DNA of 64,000 nt from an uncultured Gammaproteobacteria bacterium (GTDB lineage: Bacteria; Patescibacteriota; Microgenomatia; Levybacterales; GWA1-39-11). The stretch is from assembly GCA_964394645.1 (NCBI GenBank), contig CAYMYC010000001.1, forward strand, positions 479,359-543,358, given 5' to 3'. The notes beneath the pieces are model-generated. The model ran no database searches, was not told where the DNA came from, and saw only the letters and a program-made list of their open reading frames with translations. Shown here piece by piece: positions 1 to 10,417 of the stretch. Position numbers and translations under genes: made by a program. Numbering within the stretch: position 1 is the stretch's first letter; the number at the start of each line of letters is the position of its first letter.

Positions 1-463
1 CTCCGAAAATTCCTACTTTCCCACCCTTTGTAAATGGAGCAATAAGATCAATTACCTTAATTCCAGTTTCGAGTATTTCAGGAGTTGTTGCCTGTTCTGA
101 TAGTGGTGGTGCGCTCTTGTGAATTGAGTCACGTTTAACTGATGCGGGAATCTTACCGCCACCATCAATAGTTTCTCCTAATACATTAAAAATGCGTCCT
201 AGGGTTTCAGGACCAATAGGTACTTCAATTGGGTGGTGAGTTCGTCTTACAGAGGCGCCACGCTTTAAACCCTCAGTTGAGCCCATTGCAATAGTTCTTG
301 CTTCACCGTTTTCTAGCTCAAATTCTGTTTCTAAGATAAGAATTTTCCCATTTAACTCAATTTCCAATGCTTCATAGATTCCAGGAACATTATGTAAGTC
401 AAATTTAACATCTATAACAGCTCCTTGAATTCTTATAACAGCTCCGTCTTTTGTATTTTTCAT
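1..463 (-). CDS. atpD: F0F1 ATP synthase beta subunit, N-terminal ~154 codons; the gene runs off the window edge
   Basis: Reverse-complement translation from ATG at 463-461 reads MKNTKDGAVIRIQGAVIDVKF...TGIKVIDLIAPFTKGGKVGIFG, the typical beta-subunit N-terminal barrel and lead-in to the P-loop. It lies 2 nt downstream of the atpG stop. Confidence 0.9.
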   Translation of the reverse strand, partial: MKNTKDGAVIRIQGAVIDVKFDLHNVPGIYEALEIELNGKILILETEFELENGEARTIAMGSTEGLKRGASVRRTHHPIEVPIGPETLGRIFNVLGETIDGGGKIPASVKRDSIHKSAPPLSEQATTPEILETGIKVIDLIAPFTKGGKVGIFG

Positions 464-465
464 AT

Positions 466-1314
466 TTAATTTAATTGGTTATTTGATAGGTCAAGTATTT
501 CATTTGTAATACGTTCTTGCCGAGACTTATTATACGCGAGAGTAAGATATGTTGCAATCTCATTTGCATTTGATTTTGCATTTTGCATTGCTATCATTCT
601 TGCAACTTGCTCAGAGGTGTATGCTTCAAGAAGAGCGCTGTAAAGTGATGCTTCTAAATATTGTGGAAGAATGCTTTCAAGTAGCTTTGCAGATCCAGGC
701 TCGTATAGATGGTATTGATCATTGCTATCATCTTCAGAAAGAGCGGTATCAATTGGCAGTATTTTTGTTATCTTTGGGGTTTGAAGAAAAAAAGATTTAA
801 ATTCAGTAAACAGAATTTCAACCGATCCTACTTTCCCTGTATTATACTGTTCATTTATAATTTTTAATATTTCATATACATTTTCAAATTTAGGAATTGT
901 AGTTCCCATGGGAAAAGCTGCTAAAAAATTAAAAGAAAGTCTCGCAGCAAATCTTTCAACTTTATTCCCTACTGTAATAAGTGTAGTTTCTTTATTTTCT
1001 TGCAAACTTAATGCTTTAAATAAATTTGTATTAAGCGATCCGCAAAGTCCTCTATCAGGGGAGATTACCAGTAAGAGTTTATTGTTTGAGCTGTTCCCGT
1101 CAATATATGGATGTTTAAACTTTTTTTTATCCACTTTTTTTACAAGTTTATAAGTTAAATTTTCTACCTTTTTAGAATACGGTTTATTGTTTTCCACGGT
1201 TGTTTGTGCTCTTTTAATTTTTGAAGCACTCATCATTTCCATTGCTTTCGCAATTTGGGAAACATTCTTTGCAGTTTTTATTCTTCGTTTTAAAAGTTGT
1301 AAATTTTCAGCCAT
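466..1314 (-). CDS. atpG: F0F1 ATP synthase gamma subunit
   Basis: The 282-aa ORF is gamma-subunit-like in length and has the conserved C-terminal helix (...RQERITNEILDLS). It sits between atpA and atpD. Confidence 0.85.
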   Translation of the reverse strand: MAENLQLLKRRIKTAKNVSQIAKAMEMMSASKIKRAQTTVENNKPYSKKVENLTYKLVKKVDKKKFKHPYIDGNSSNNKLLLVISPDRGLCGSLNTNLFKALSLQENKETTLITVGNKVERFAARLSFNFLAAFPMGTTIPKFENVYEILKIINEQYNTGKVGSVEILFTEFKSFFLQTPKITKILPIDTALSEDDSNDQYHLYEPGSAKLLESILPQYLEASLYSALLEAYTSEQVARMIAMQNAKSNANEIATYLTLAYNKSRQERITNEILDLSNNQLN

Positions 1315-1346
1315 ATGTGTAAATTTTAGAAAATTATATAGATTTT

Positions 1347-2921
1347 TTAAACTAGTGTTTTTTTAAACTCTATAATTGCTTTTTTTAATTCTTCCTGAAG
1401 TTTTTCGTCAAGCTTTTGTCCTTTTTGAAGTGCGTCAACAGATTTTTTTGCCCTCGTTTTTACAAATGATGAAACTTTTTCCTCAAACATGCGAATTTTT
1501 TCAACAGGAAAATCATCTAACACACCGCTTGTAGCCGCGTATATGCTAATTATTTCTGATACTTCATCAAGCGGTTCATACTGGGGTTGGTTTAACATGG
1601 CACTTACTCTTTTACCTCGTTCTATCTGCTTTTGTGTAGCCTCATCCAGGTCTGAGCCAAATTGCGCAAACGCAGCCAAAGATCTAAATTGGGCCAATTC
1701 AAGACGAAGTGGTCCTGCGATCTGTTTCATCCCTTTTGTTTGAGCAGCACCGCCAACGCGCGAGACAGAAAGTCCTACATCCACAGCGGGTCGAGTTCCA
1801 GAGTTAAATAAATCTGTTTTAAGGTAAATCTGTCCATCTGTTATCGAGATAACATTAGTTGGAATATATGCAGAAATGTCATCTGCTTGAGTTTCAATTA
1901 TCGGAAGCGATGTAATTGAACCTCCTCCATTTTCCTTCGACATTCTAACGGAACGTTCAAGTAGTCGTGAATGAAGGTAGAAGATATCCCCAGGGTACGC
2001 TTCACGTCCTGCAGGACGACGAAGAATTAGTGAAATTTGACGGTAAGCATTAGCATGCTTTGAAAGGTCATCGTAAACGAGGAGTACGTCTTGTCCTTGT
2101 TCCATAAAATATTCACCGATTGCAGTTGCGGTAAAAGGCGCTAGAAATTGAAGTGAAGCAGGATCAGAAGCGGAGGCAGTAACTACTATTGTGTAATCCA
2201 TTGCACCATCTTTTTCAAGAATTGCAATAGTTTTGGCAACATTACCTCTTTTTTGTCCTACCGCACAATATACGCAAATAACTTGTCTTAGTCCAAGATC
2301 TTTTTTCTTTTGATTGAGGATAGTGTCTATCGCAATTGCTGTTTTACCAGTATTTCTATCCCCGATTATTAACTGTCTTTGACCGCGTCCTATGGGAGTC
2401 ATTGCGTCTATAGATTTGATCCCTGTTTTAAGCGGTGTGTCAACTGGTTCACGCTCAACTATCCCTGCCGCAATTCTTTCAAGAAAGTATTCTTTTCCGC
2501 GTCCTATTTTTAATGTCTTGCCATCCAGTGCATTTCCCAGGGGGTCGATTACGCGCCCTACTAGCTCATCAGAAACAGTTATGCTAAGAATTTTTCCAGT
2601 TGTTTTTACATTTTGCCCCTCTTGGACTTTGTTATCTGCAGTGAAAAGAATAATAGAGACTTCATCCTCATCAAGGTTTAGAACCAGACCACGTGTTTTG
2701 TCTTCAAATTCAACTTCTTCACCAAATCCCGCCTTCGTAAGCCCTGTTGCTCTGACTATTCCGTCACCCACAAAAGTAACAGTTCCTATGTTTTCAACCC
2801 CTGCGCCTACTTGGAGACCAGAGAGCTTTTTCTCTATTTCAGAAATAAAATCTTCTGTTGTAAATGTTTTTTTATCGTTTTTTGTCATGTAACTTGTGTT
2901 AAGTAATGCTTTGTAAACCAA
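1347..2921 (-). CDS. atpA: F0F1 ATP synthase alpha subunit
   Basis: 524 aa with the P-loop GDRNTGKTAIAIDTI. Alpha-subunit signature regions are present throughout. Confidence 0.95.
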   Translation of the reverse strand: MVYKALLNTSYMTKNDKKTFTTEDFISEIEKKLSGLQVGAGVENIGTVTFVGDGIVRATGLTKAGFGEEVEFEDKTRGLVLNLDEDEVSIILFTADNKVQEGQNVKTTGKILSITVSDELVGRVIDPLGNALDGKTLKIGRGKEYFLERIAAGIVEREPVDTPLKTGIKSIDAMTPIGRGQRQLIIGDRNTGKTAIAIDTILNQKKKDLGLRQVICVYCAVGQKRGNVAKTIAILEKDGAMDYTIVVTASASDPASLQFLAPFTATAIGEYFMEQGQDVLLVYDDLSKHANAYRQISLILRRPAGREAYPGDIFYLHSRLLERSVRMSKENGGGSITSLPIIETQADDISAYIPTNVISITDGQIYLKTDLFNSGTRPAVDVGLSVSRVGGAAQTKGMKQIAGPLRLELAQFRSLAAFAQFGSDLDEATQKQIERGKRVSAMLNQPQYEPLDEVSEIISIYAATSGVLDDFPVEKIRMFEEKVSSFVKTRAKKSVDALQKGQKLDEKLQEELKKAIIEFKKTLV

Positions 2922-2933
2922 ACAATTACTTTT

Positions 2934-3290
2934 TTATAGTTCTTCTTCTATCTCTTCTGCAAGTTTTTCAATTTTAGATTTTACAGACAGGTCATATATC
3001 ATATCATATGCCTGTACTTTTAGTCCTGCACCAATTTTATTATTTATCACAGTTTCAATTTTTTTTCCAGAGAAAAGGGATGTAAGTTCAGATTTATCGT
3101 TTTTTGATAATTCATCTGCGCTCGTAATCCTCATAGTCACTTTTTCTTCTTCAAGTAGCATTATTTCCATAAGTTCTCTCAATTCCTTTGGTGCTAGAAT
3201 TTTGGTAAGGCGTTCTGATTGAGTTTTTGATATGCCCCCGTTCTGTGCAATAGTTCTTGCTAAGTTTTTAAGTAAGTATGTATTTTTCAT
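2934..3290 (-). CDS. atpH: F0F1 ATP synthase delta (OSCP) subunit, short form
   Basis: 118 aa located between atpF and atpA, overlapping the atpF stop by 4 nt. The C-terminal region is OSCP-like (GAGLKVQAYDMIYDLSVKSKIEKL). Confidence 0.6.
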   Translation of the reverse strand: MKNTYLLKNLARTIAQNGGISKTQSERLTKILAPKELRELMEIMLLEEEKVTMRITSADELSKNDKSELTSLFSGKKIETVINNKIGAGLKVQAYDMIYDLSVKSKIEKLAEEIEEEL

Positions 3291-3790
3291 TCTGTTTCTT
3301 TGAGAACTTTTATACTTCTTGTAAGTATCTTATCTCGCTCATCTTTCGTAAACATCTTTTCCATTACTTTTTCAAGAAGCGCTAGAGAATTATCTAAAGA
3401 TGCTTTTTTGGCTCTTTTTTCCATGTCCTCCATTTGTAGATCGGCTTGTTTTTTAGCCTCCAAAATAATCTTTTCAGATTCGTTTTTAGTCTCTGTTAAT
3501 ATTTTTTCGCGTAACAAATCCGCAGTCTTCTTTGTTTCTTCAAGAATATGCTCAGCCTCACGTCCTGCCTTTGTGATAATTGCCTCTTTTTGTGCTTCAG
3601 CACTTTCCCTATCTCTGGCTGCCATCTCAGCATCCTTTAAGCCTTTTTCAATTGTGTGTTTTCGGTCAGACAAGACCTTCAAAATAGGTTTATAAAGAAA
3701 CTTTTTAAAAATTAAGGCAAGTATTAAAAAGTTTACTATTTGTGCAATAAATAAAACTGGTTCAAATCCGAATTGATTTAATATTTCCAT
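3287..3790 (-). CDS. atpF: F0F1 ATP synthase subunit b
   Basis: 167 aa with an N-terminal TM helix and a long charged coiled coil. It occupies the canonical operon position. Confidence 0.85.
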   Translation of the reverse strand: MEILNQFGFEPVLFIAQIVNFLILALIFKKFLYKPILKVLSDRKHTIEKGLKDAEMAARDRESAEAQKEAIITKAGREAEHILEETKKTADLLREKILTETKNESEKIILEAKKQADLQMEDMEKRAKKASLDNSLALLEKVMEKMFTKDERDKILTRSIKVLKETE

Positions 3791-3934
3791 TTAAATATTT
3801 CCTCCTTACTAAAAATTAAACATAAAACAGTGTTATACAAATGATTCACTGTCATTGCAAGACGCCCAAGCAAAAATGACTACTTAAGAGCCTTATAATG
3901 ACAGCGAAATTCAAAAATGAATTTCACCTGTCAT

Positions 3935-4893
<959 letters not shown>

Positions 4894-5112
4894 TTTTTAT
4901 TTTGTTATCACTGTGTGTGACAAATGAACAGCAAAAATCTCAATTGATCCTGAGCAAGCCTTGCAAGCTAAAGGAAAATCTTGAGATCGAATACATTATA
5001 AAAAATGAGTAAAAGCAAGTCAACTGGTGAAAAATGTGAAGGCACAATTCCGCAGGTTGAACGTTTTTGCTAAACGTTAATTGTTCTTAGTACAATTTTG
5101 AGTTAAATATTA

Positions 5113-8100
5113 TCAATTAGCAAGGCGTTTTATGGTATCAACTATGATAACTGGTCGTTCGTCCTTAAACTGCAGCTTACCTTCCACTATTACAATTGCA
5201 TCACGAATAAGTACTTGCTTTATTTCTTCGTATGTTTTGGGGAAAACAACACACTCAATGCTTGCACCCGCACTGTCTTCAACTGCAATAAATGCCATTT
5301 CCTGATTTGATTTTTTTGTTACTATTTTTTTAACTGAAGAGACAAGTCCTCCTATTTTAAGCGGAGTTCCTTCTCTTTCCTCCTCTAACTCCGTCAGCTG
5401 ATGGGTTATATAACGGGCAATATTTTCTAACTCTTGACTTAGCGGATGATTTGTAAGGAAAAATCCTAATAGTTCTTTTTCAAACATTAATTTTTCTTTT
5501 TCTGAAAACTCCTCAACGTCATATAGCCCCAACATCGCAACTTCTTCTGCTGCTGTATCAGTTTCACCAAAAAGATTTCCTTGGTTTCGGGCAACATCTT
5601 TTTGTTGCCTTGAAATTTTTTCGACGAGTTCTGGATATGAGGAGAGAAGTGATGATCTTTTTCCAAATTCATCAAGAGCGCCTGCTTTAATCATACTTTC
5701 CATGGTTTTTTTATTTACCTTCGATAGGTCAACTCGTGAAAGAAAATTTGAGAGAGAGGTAAAAGTGCCTGATTTTCTTGCTTCATGAATGCACAGTATA
5801 GCGGCGCTTCCAACATTTTTTATTGCTGATAGTCCGAACCTAATCTTATTTCCTTGAATAGAGAATTCAGCATCAGAAAAATTAACTGAAGGTGCAAGTA
5901 TTTCAACGTTTAGCCTTTTGCACTCAGCGACAGCTTGGGCAATCTTTTCGTTTTTTACAGGTCCAGTTGTCCCCCTAGATTCAGCGGTTAGCAATGCAGT
6001 CATGAATTCAACCGGAAAATGTGCCTTTAGATACGCTGTTCTAAAAGCGATAGTTGCATAGCACGCAGCATGAGCTTTATTAAATCCATATCCCGCAAAG
6101 GGAGCAATAAGTTCGTAGATTTCCTCTGCTTTTTTTTGAGTTAGCCCATTTTTAACAGCACCTGAGAGAAAAATATCTTTTTGCTTTTTCATTTCAGCAG
6201 GAATTTTTTTACCCATTGCTTTTCGGAATTTATCGGCATCAAGCCAACTATAACCAGCAAGAGCTATAGTTGTTAGAAGAACGTCATCTTGAAATGTGAG
6301 TATTCCGTAGGAATTTTTTAGTATATCAGCGAGTCGTGGATCAGGGTAGTTTATTTTTGTAGGATTATGTTTTCTTGCAATAAATTCAGGAATATTTTGC
6401 ATAGGTCCAGGTCTATAAAGCGCAACCATAGCCATAAGATCAAATATGCTGCTAGGTTTTAGTTCTTTAATGTACCTTCTCATGCCCGCTGATTCCAGTT
6501 GAAATATTCCGGTAGTTTCAGCGGAGGAGAGTAGCTCATATGTTTTTTTATCATCAAGTGGAAGTTGTGATACGTCAATTGTCACATTCTTATTTTGTTT
6601 TATAAATTTTAACGATTCCTCGATGATTGTTAGGTTTCGCAGACCTAAAAAATCCATTTTTAAGAGTCCGACACCGTCTTCTCCCACAGTATACATATCA
6701 TATTGTGTTACAATTTTTTCGCCGTTTGTTTCTCTTTGGAGGGGAGTATAGTCAGTAAGTGGTTTATCTGCAATAACGACACCTGCTGCATGAACTGAAG
6801 CATGGCGAGCTACCCCTTCCAGTTTTGTTGCAACATCTAATAATCTCTTTGTTTCCTGCTCTGTAAGGTAAGCTCTTTTAAGATCAGGTGATTGTTCAAG
6901 TGCTTTTGATAATGTCATGGCATGTCCTTGCCATCCGGGGGGAATCATCTTGGCAATTCTGTCTGGTGCAGCATACGGCATTCCGAGCGCTCGTCCTGCG
7001 TCTCGCACGGCACCTCGTGCCTCCATAGTTCCGAAGGTAATTATTTGGGCGACTTTGTCTTCTCCGTATTTTTGAGTTACATAAGAAATAACCTCATCAC
7101 GTCTTGTGTCTGCGAAGTCTAGATCTATGTCTGGGGCAGATGGTCTATCAGGATTTAGAAACCGCTCAAAAGGGAGATTAAAGTAGAAAGGATCAATATC
7201 TGTTATGCTAAGTGCATAAGACACTACTGATCCTGCAGCTGATCCACGTCCAGGACCAACACTAATTCCATGACTTTTTGCCCAACCTACAAAATCCGCC
7301 ACTGTAAGAAAGTAAGTTTCGTACCCTTTTTTTAAAATAACTGCCAATTCATAATCCACCCGTTCCCGTACTTTCTGCTCTATCTTCCCATATCTATCCA
7401 TAAGACCCGCGTCTACAAGTTCTTTTAAATGCTCGCCTGTTGTTTTTCCCGATGGCACATCAAATTTAGGCAAAATCCATTTTCCAAGTGGAATTTCAAC
7501 GTTGCACTGTTCGGCAATTTTTACTGTGTTTGAAATTGCCTCTGGATACTGAGCAAATAATCCTTCCATTTCTTCAGGTGATTTAATGTAGAAGTCAGGA
7601 GAATCTATCATAGATAATTTCCGGTTAGAATCAAGAATTGTTGTTTGTGTTTGAATAGCAAGTAAAATTTCTTGTGCTTCGGCATCGTTTTTATGCGTAT
7701 AGTGATTATCATTTGTAGCAACGATCGGAACACCCATTTTTTTTGAAAGAGCAATAAGCGCTTTATTTAGTGGCTCTTGGGGTGGGACATTGAGGTGTTT
7801 TTGCAATTCCAAATACACATTATCGTCTCCATATATCATGAGAAGTCGTTTAAGTCTTTCTTCAGCTTCATCGGTCTTGCCTTGTAATAGAGGGTCTCCT
7901 ATGTATCCGTTTACACAGGCGGTAAGACAAATAATCCCTTCGGAATATTTCTCAAGCAGTGGAATATCAACTCTTGGTTTGTAATAATATCCCTCAAGAT
8001 TCGCAATAGATACTATTTTCATTAAATTTTTGTACCCTGCATTATCCTTTGCAAGAAGTATCAGGTGATTGTATTCATTATCAATACCTGCTTCCTTGTC

Positions 8101-8328
8101 CAACATTGAACGTTTTGCGATATATATTTCACAGCCAATAATGGGTTTTACCCCTTGCACAAGAGCTTCTTTAAAAAATTTTATTGTTCCATACATGTTT
8201 CCGTGATCTGTTACTGCAATTGCATCCATTCCCAGTTTTTTAGTCTGTGCGAGCATATCAGGATACTTTGACAGTCCGTCAAGAAGTGAATATTCAGAAT
8301 GATTATGAAGATGCACGAATTTTCCCAT
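5113..8328 (-). CDS. dnaE: DNA polymerase III alpha subunit
   Basis: 1071 aa. The N-terminal PHP domain reads HLHNHSEYSLLDGL...AVTDHGNMYG. Polymerase core, HhH and C-terminal OB-fold regions are recognisable. Confidence 0.95.
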   Translation of the reverse strand: MGKFVHLHNHSEYSLLDGLSKYPDMLAQTKKLGMDAIAVTDHGNMYGTIKFFKEALVQGVKPIIGCEIYIAKRSMLDKEAGIDNEYNHLILLAKDNAGYKNLMKIVSIANLEGYYYKPRVDIPLLEKYSEGIICLTACVNGYIGDPLLQGKTDEAEERLKRLLMIYGDDNVYLELQKHLNVPPQEPLNKALIALSKKMGVPIVATNDNHYTHKNDAEAQEILLAIQTQTTILDSNRKLSMIDSPDFYIKSPEEMEGLFAQYPEAISNTVKIAEQCNVEIPLGKWILPKFDVPSGKTTGEHLKELVDAGLMDRYGKIEQKVRERVDYELAVILKKGYETYFLTVADFVGWAKSHGISVGPGRGSAAGSVVSYALSITDIDPFYFNLPFERFLNPDRPSAPDIDLDFADTRRDEVISYVTQKYGEDKVAQIITFGTMEARGAVRDAGRALGMPYAAPDRIAKMIPPGWQGHAMTLSKALEQSPDLKRAYLTEQETKRLLDVATKLEGVARHASVHAAGVVIADKPLTDYTPLQRETNGEKIVTQYDMYTVGEDGVGLLKMDFLGLRNLTIIEESLKFIKQNKNVTIDVSQLPLDDKKTYELLSSAETTGIFQLESAGMRRYIKELKPSSIFDLMAMVALYRPGPMQNIPEFIARKHNPTKINYPDPRLADILKNSYGILTFQDDVLLTTIALAGYSWLDADKFRKAMGKKIPAEMKKQKDIFLSGAVKNGLTQKKAEEIYELIAPFAGYGFNKAHAACYATIAFRTAYLKAHFPVEFMTALLTAESRGTTGPVKNEKIAQAVAECKRLNVEILAPSVNFSDAEFSIQGNKIRFGLSAIKNVGSAAILCIHEARKSGTFTSLSNFLSRVDLSKVNKKTMESMIKAGALDEFGKRSSLLSSYPELVEKISRQQKDVARNQGNLFGETDTAAEEVAMLGLYDVEEFSEKEKLMFEKELLGFFLTNHPLSQELENIARYITHQLTELEEEREGTPLKIGGLVSSVKKIVTKKSNQEMAFIAVEDSAGASIECVVFPKTYEEIKQVLIRDAIVIVEGKLQFKDERPVIIVDTIKRLAN

Positions 8329-8332
8329 AATT

Positions 8333-9055
8333 TTACGCAGCTATGTCTTGTTCACTGCCAGAATCATATCTTTCAAACGTGAGAATATTATTTTCATCAG
8401 CTGATGTTTGTATAAAATTGTTTTTGCCATTTTCCTTAAGTCTCTTTGATTCATACATCGCTTTGTCAGCTTTTTTAATTGACTCAAGAGGGTAATTAAG
8501 GTCAACTTGTGTACATCCAGCAGATATTGCGATTTGATGCTCTAAAAATAATTGATTTTGTCTGTCCCACCACTTTTTAACGCCTTTTATTCCTGAGTTT
8601 CTTAGTATGACTATAAATTCGTCACCACCTGTTCTTCCCGCGATATCTCCTGCTCGTAAGTTTTGGCTGATAAGCCTTCCTGTAGTGGAAATATATGTAT
8701 CTCCTGCCTTGTGTCCTAAGGTGTCATTTATCTTTTTAAGACCGTCGGCATCCAAAACTACGGCATTTAGATCTTCAGAGTCACGGGTTGCAACCTTCAC
8801 TAGCTCTAAAAAACGTTTATCAAAACTTTTTCTATTGTGCAATCCAGTGAGTGGATCAATTCCACCCTCAAGCTCTTTTCTGGTTAGTTCCTTTGCGTTG
8901 TCAGAAATTAATCCCCTGTTTTCAGTAGATTTAAGTCCTCTTTCTTCAAACAGCTTTTTTACTTTCTCTATGTTAGGGTGGTGGATTTCTCGGATCGTAG
9001 CTTTAGGAATAGATGTAATTAGAGGTTTTTCAGTTTTTGATGGTCCGTCTGTCAT
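8333..9055 (-). CDS. Standalone GGDEF diguanylate cyclase with no sensor domain
   Basis: 240 aa. The GGDEF domain reads LTGLHNRKSF...DADGLKKINDTLGHKAGD...RTGGDEFIVIL. An RxxD I-site (RAGD) lies 5 residues upstream of GGDEF. The gene overlaps the gatB stop by 4 nt and lies 4 nt from the dnaE start. Confidence 0.85.
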   Translation of the reverse strand: MTDGPSKTEKPLITSIPKATIREIHHPNIEKVKKLFEERGLKSTENRGLISDNAKELTRKELEGGIDPLTGLHNRKSFDKRFLELVKVATRDSEDLNAVVLDADGLKKINDTLGHKAGDTYISTTGRLISQNLRAGDIAGRTGGDEFIVILRNSGIKGVKKWWDRQNQLFLEHQIAISAGCTQVDLNYPLESIKKADKAMYESKRLKENGKNNFIQTSADENNILTFERYDSGSEQDIAA

Positions 9056-10392
9056 TTAAGCGCTTCCAGTATATCATTCTTTACAGCTGTTGCGTCAAGC
9101 TTTTTTCCTGCCTTACGGAGAACTTGTCCTAGAAGAAACATAACAGCGTTTTCTTTTCCGTTCCTGTAATCTATTACAGCCTGTGGATTTTCAGTTATTA
9201 TAGTTGCGATAAGAGATGACAAAATATCTGGGCTTACACTATCCTTTTTCTTTCCCTCTAAAACCATTTTTACCACTTCAGATGGTTCAAACTCTGTGAG
9301 ATCGAGCTTTTTATTAATAATAACATTCGCAATTTCCTTAGGTAATATTTTCCCTTCCCCGTCCTTAACAGCTTTATCAAAAAAGTCAGCTGTTGTTTTG
9401 TCTCGTGTTAAAATTTCAGCGTCTATTGCTGGAAGTTTGTATATTTTTTCAAACCTTGCTTGTTTTTCATCAGGCAATTCTCCAATAGAGTGTAGTAGTT
9501 CCGCAATTTTTTCAATAGATGTAGTAAGGGGGGGGATATCAGGCTCTGGAAAATACCTATAATCGTGTGCGTCCTCTTTTATTCGTTGACTTACAGTCTG
9601 GTTTTTTGTTTCATTCCATCCTCGTGTTTCTTGAGCTGGAGTTTTCCCTTCATCAAGTATTTTTGTTTGACGGTCAATTTCAAATTTTATTGCTTTATCT
9701 ACAAACCTGAATGAGTTAATATTTTTAACCTCCACTTTATAGTTAGGTAGATTCTTTTCGTCAGGCATTCTAAGTGAGATATTTGGCTCTAGCCTCATAT
9801 CCCCTTTTTCCATATCCGCATTTGATACCGCAAGATAGCGCACTATTTTTTGAAGTTTTTGAAGGTAGTCTACCACCTGATGTTCATTATCAAAATCTGG
9901 TTCCGTAACGATCTCTACTAACGGGACTCCTGATCTATTAAAATCAATTAGCGAAACGTTTTCGCCTTCTATATTTGCGTGAGTTAACTTCCCTGTGTCC
10001 TCTTCCATGTGGACACGTCTAATTCTAATCTTTTTTGTTTCCCTACTGCCTTTTGTGCGTGTAACCTCAAGAAAGCCTTCATATCCAAATGGCAAGTCAT
10101 ACTGGCTTATTTGATATCCCTTTGCAAGATCCGGGTAGAAATAATTTTTTCTGTCAAATTTTGAAAATTGGTTAATGCGGCAATTAAGGGCAAGTGCAAT
10201 TTTCATGCACCACTCAATAGCTGTTTTATTAGGGTACGGAAGTGCACCTGGCAAACCTAAGCAGATAGGACATGTGTGGGTATTGGGTTTTTCACCAAAA
10301 TATGCAGCGTCACATCCGCAAAACATCTTAGATTTAGTCTTTAATTCTACATGGACCTCAAGACCGATTATAGGCGTGTATTTGTTATTCAT
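9052..10392 (-). CDS. gatB: Asp/Glu-tRNA amidotransferase subunit B
   Basis: GatB N-terminus MNNKYTPIIGLEVHVEL...CGCDA...CPICLGLPGALP. The ORF in the track extends to 10473, but the conserved N-terminus begins at the internal ATG near 10392. Confidence 0.9.
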   Translation of the reverse strand: MNNKYTPIIGLEVHVELKTKSKMFCGCDAAYFGEKPNTHTCPICLGLPGALPYPNKTAIEWCMKIALALNCRINQFSKFDRKNYFYPDLAKGYQISQYDLPFGYEGFLEVTRTKGSRETKKIRIRRVHMEEDTGKLTHANIEGENVSLIDFNRSGVPLVEIVTEPDFDNEHQVVDYLQKLQKIVRYLAVSNADMEKGDMRLEPNISLRMPDEKNLPNYKVEVKNINSFRFVDKAIKFEIDRQTKILDEGKTPAQETRGWNETKNQTVSQRIKEDAHDYRYFPEPDIPPLTTSIEKIAELLHSIGELPDEKQARFEKIYKLPAIDAEILTRDKTTADFFDKAVKDGEGKILPKEIANVIINKKLDLTEFEPSEVVKMVLEGKKKDSVSPDILSSLIATIITENPQAVIDYRNGKENAVMFLLGQVLRKAGKKLDATAVKNDILEALK

Positions 10393-10417
10393 AATTTGTA
10401 AATGATTTATCGCTTTT

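Noticed and set aside
549-800. Antisense ORFs inside well-supported genes. Examples: 549-800 and 908-1153 in atpG, 1489-1743 and 2392-2892 in atpA, 3300-3695 in atpF, 8607-9059 in the GGDEF gene, and several inside dnaE, gatA, murT, pyrG and uvrA.
   Set aside because: Each lies wholly within a longer ORF on the opposite strand that has clear conserved motifs. The translations are low-complexity with no motif. They are shadow ORFs typical of AT-rich DNA.
5060-5080. AACGTTT-N5-AAACGTT hairpin between atpB and dnaE as a dnaE terminator
   Set aside because: On the transcribed minus strand it is not followed by a U-tract, so it is not a convincing intrinsic terminator.
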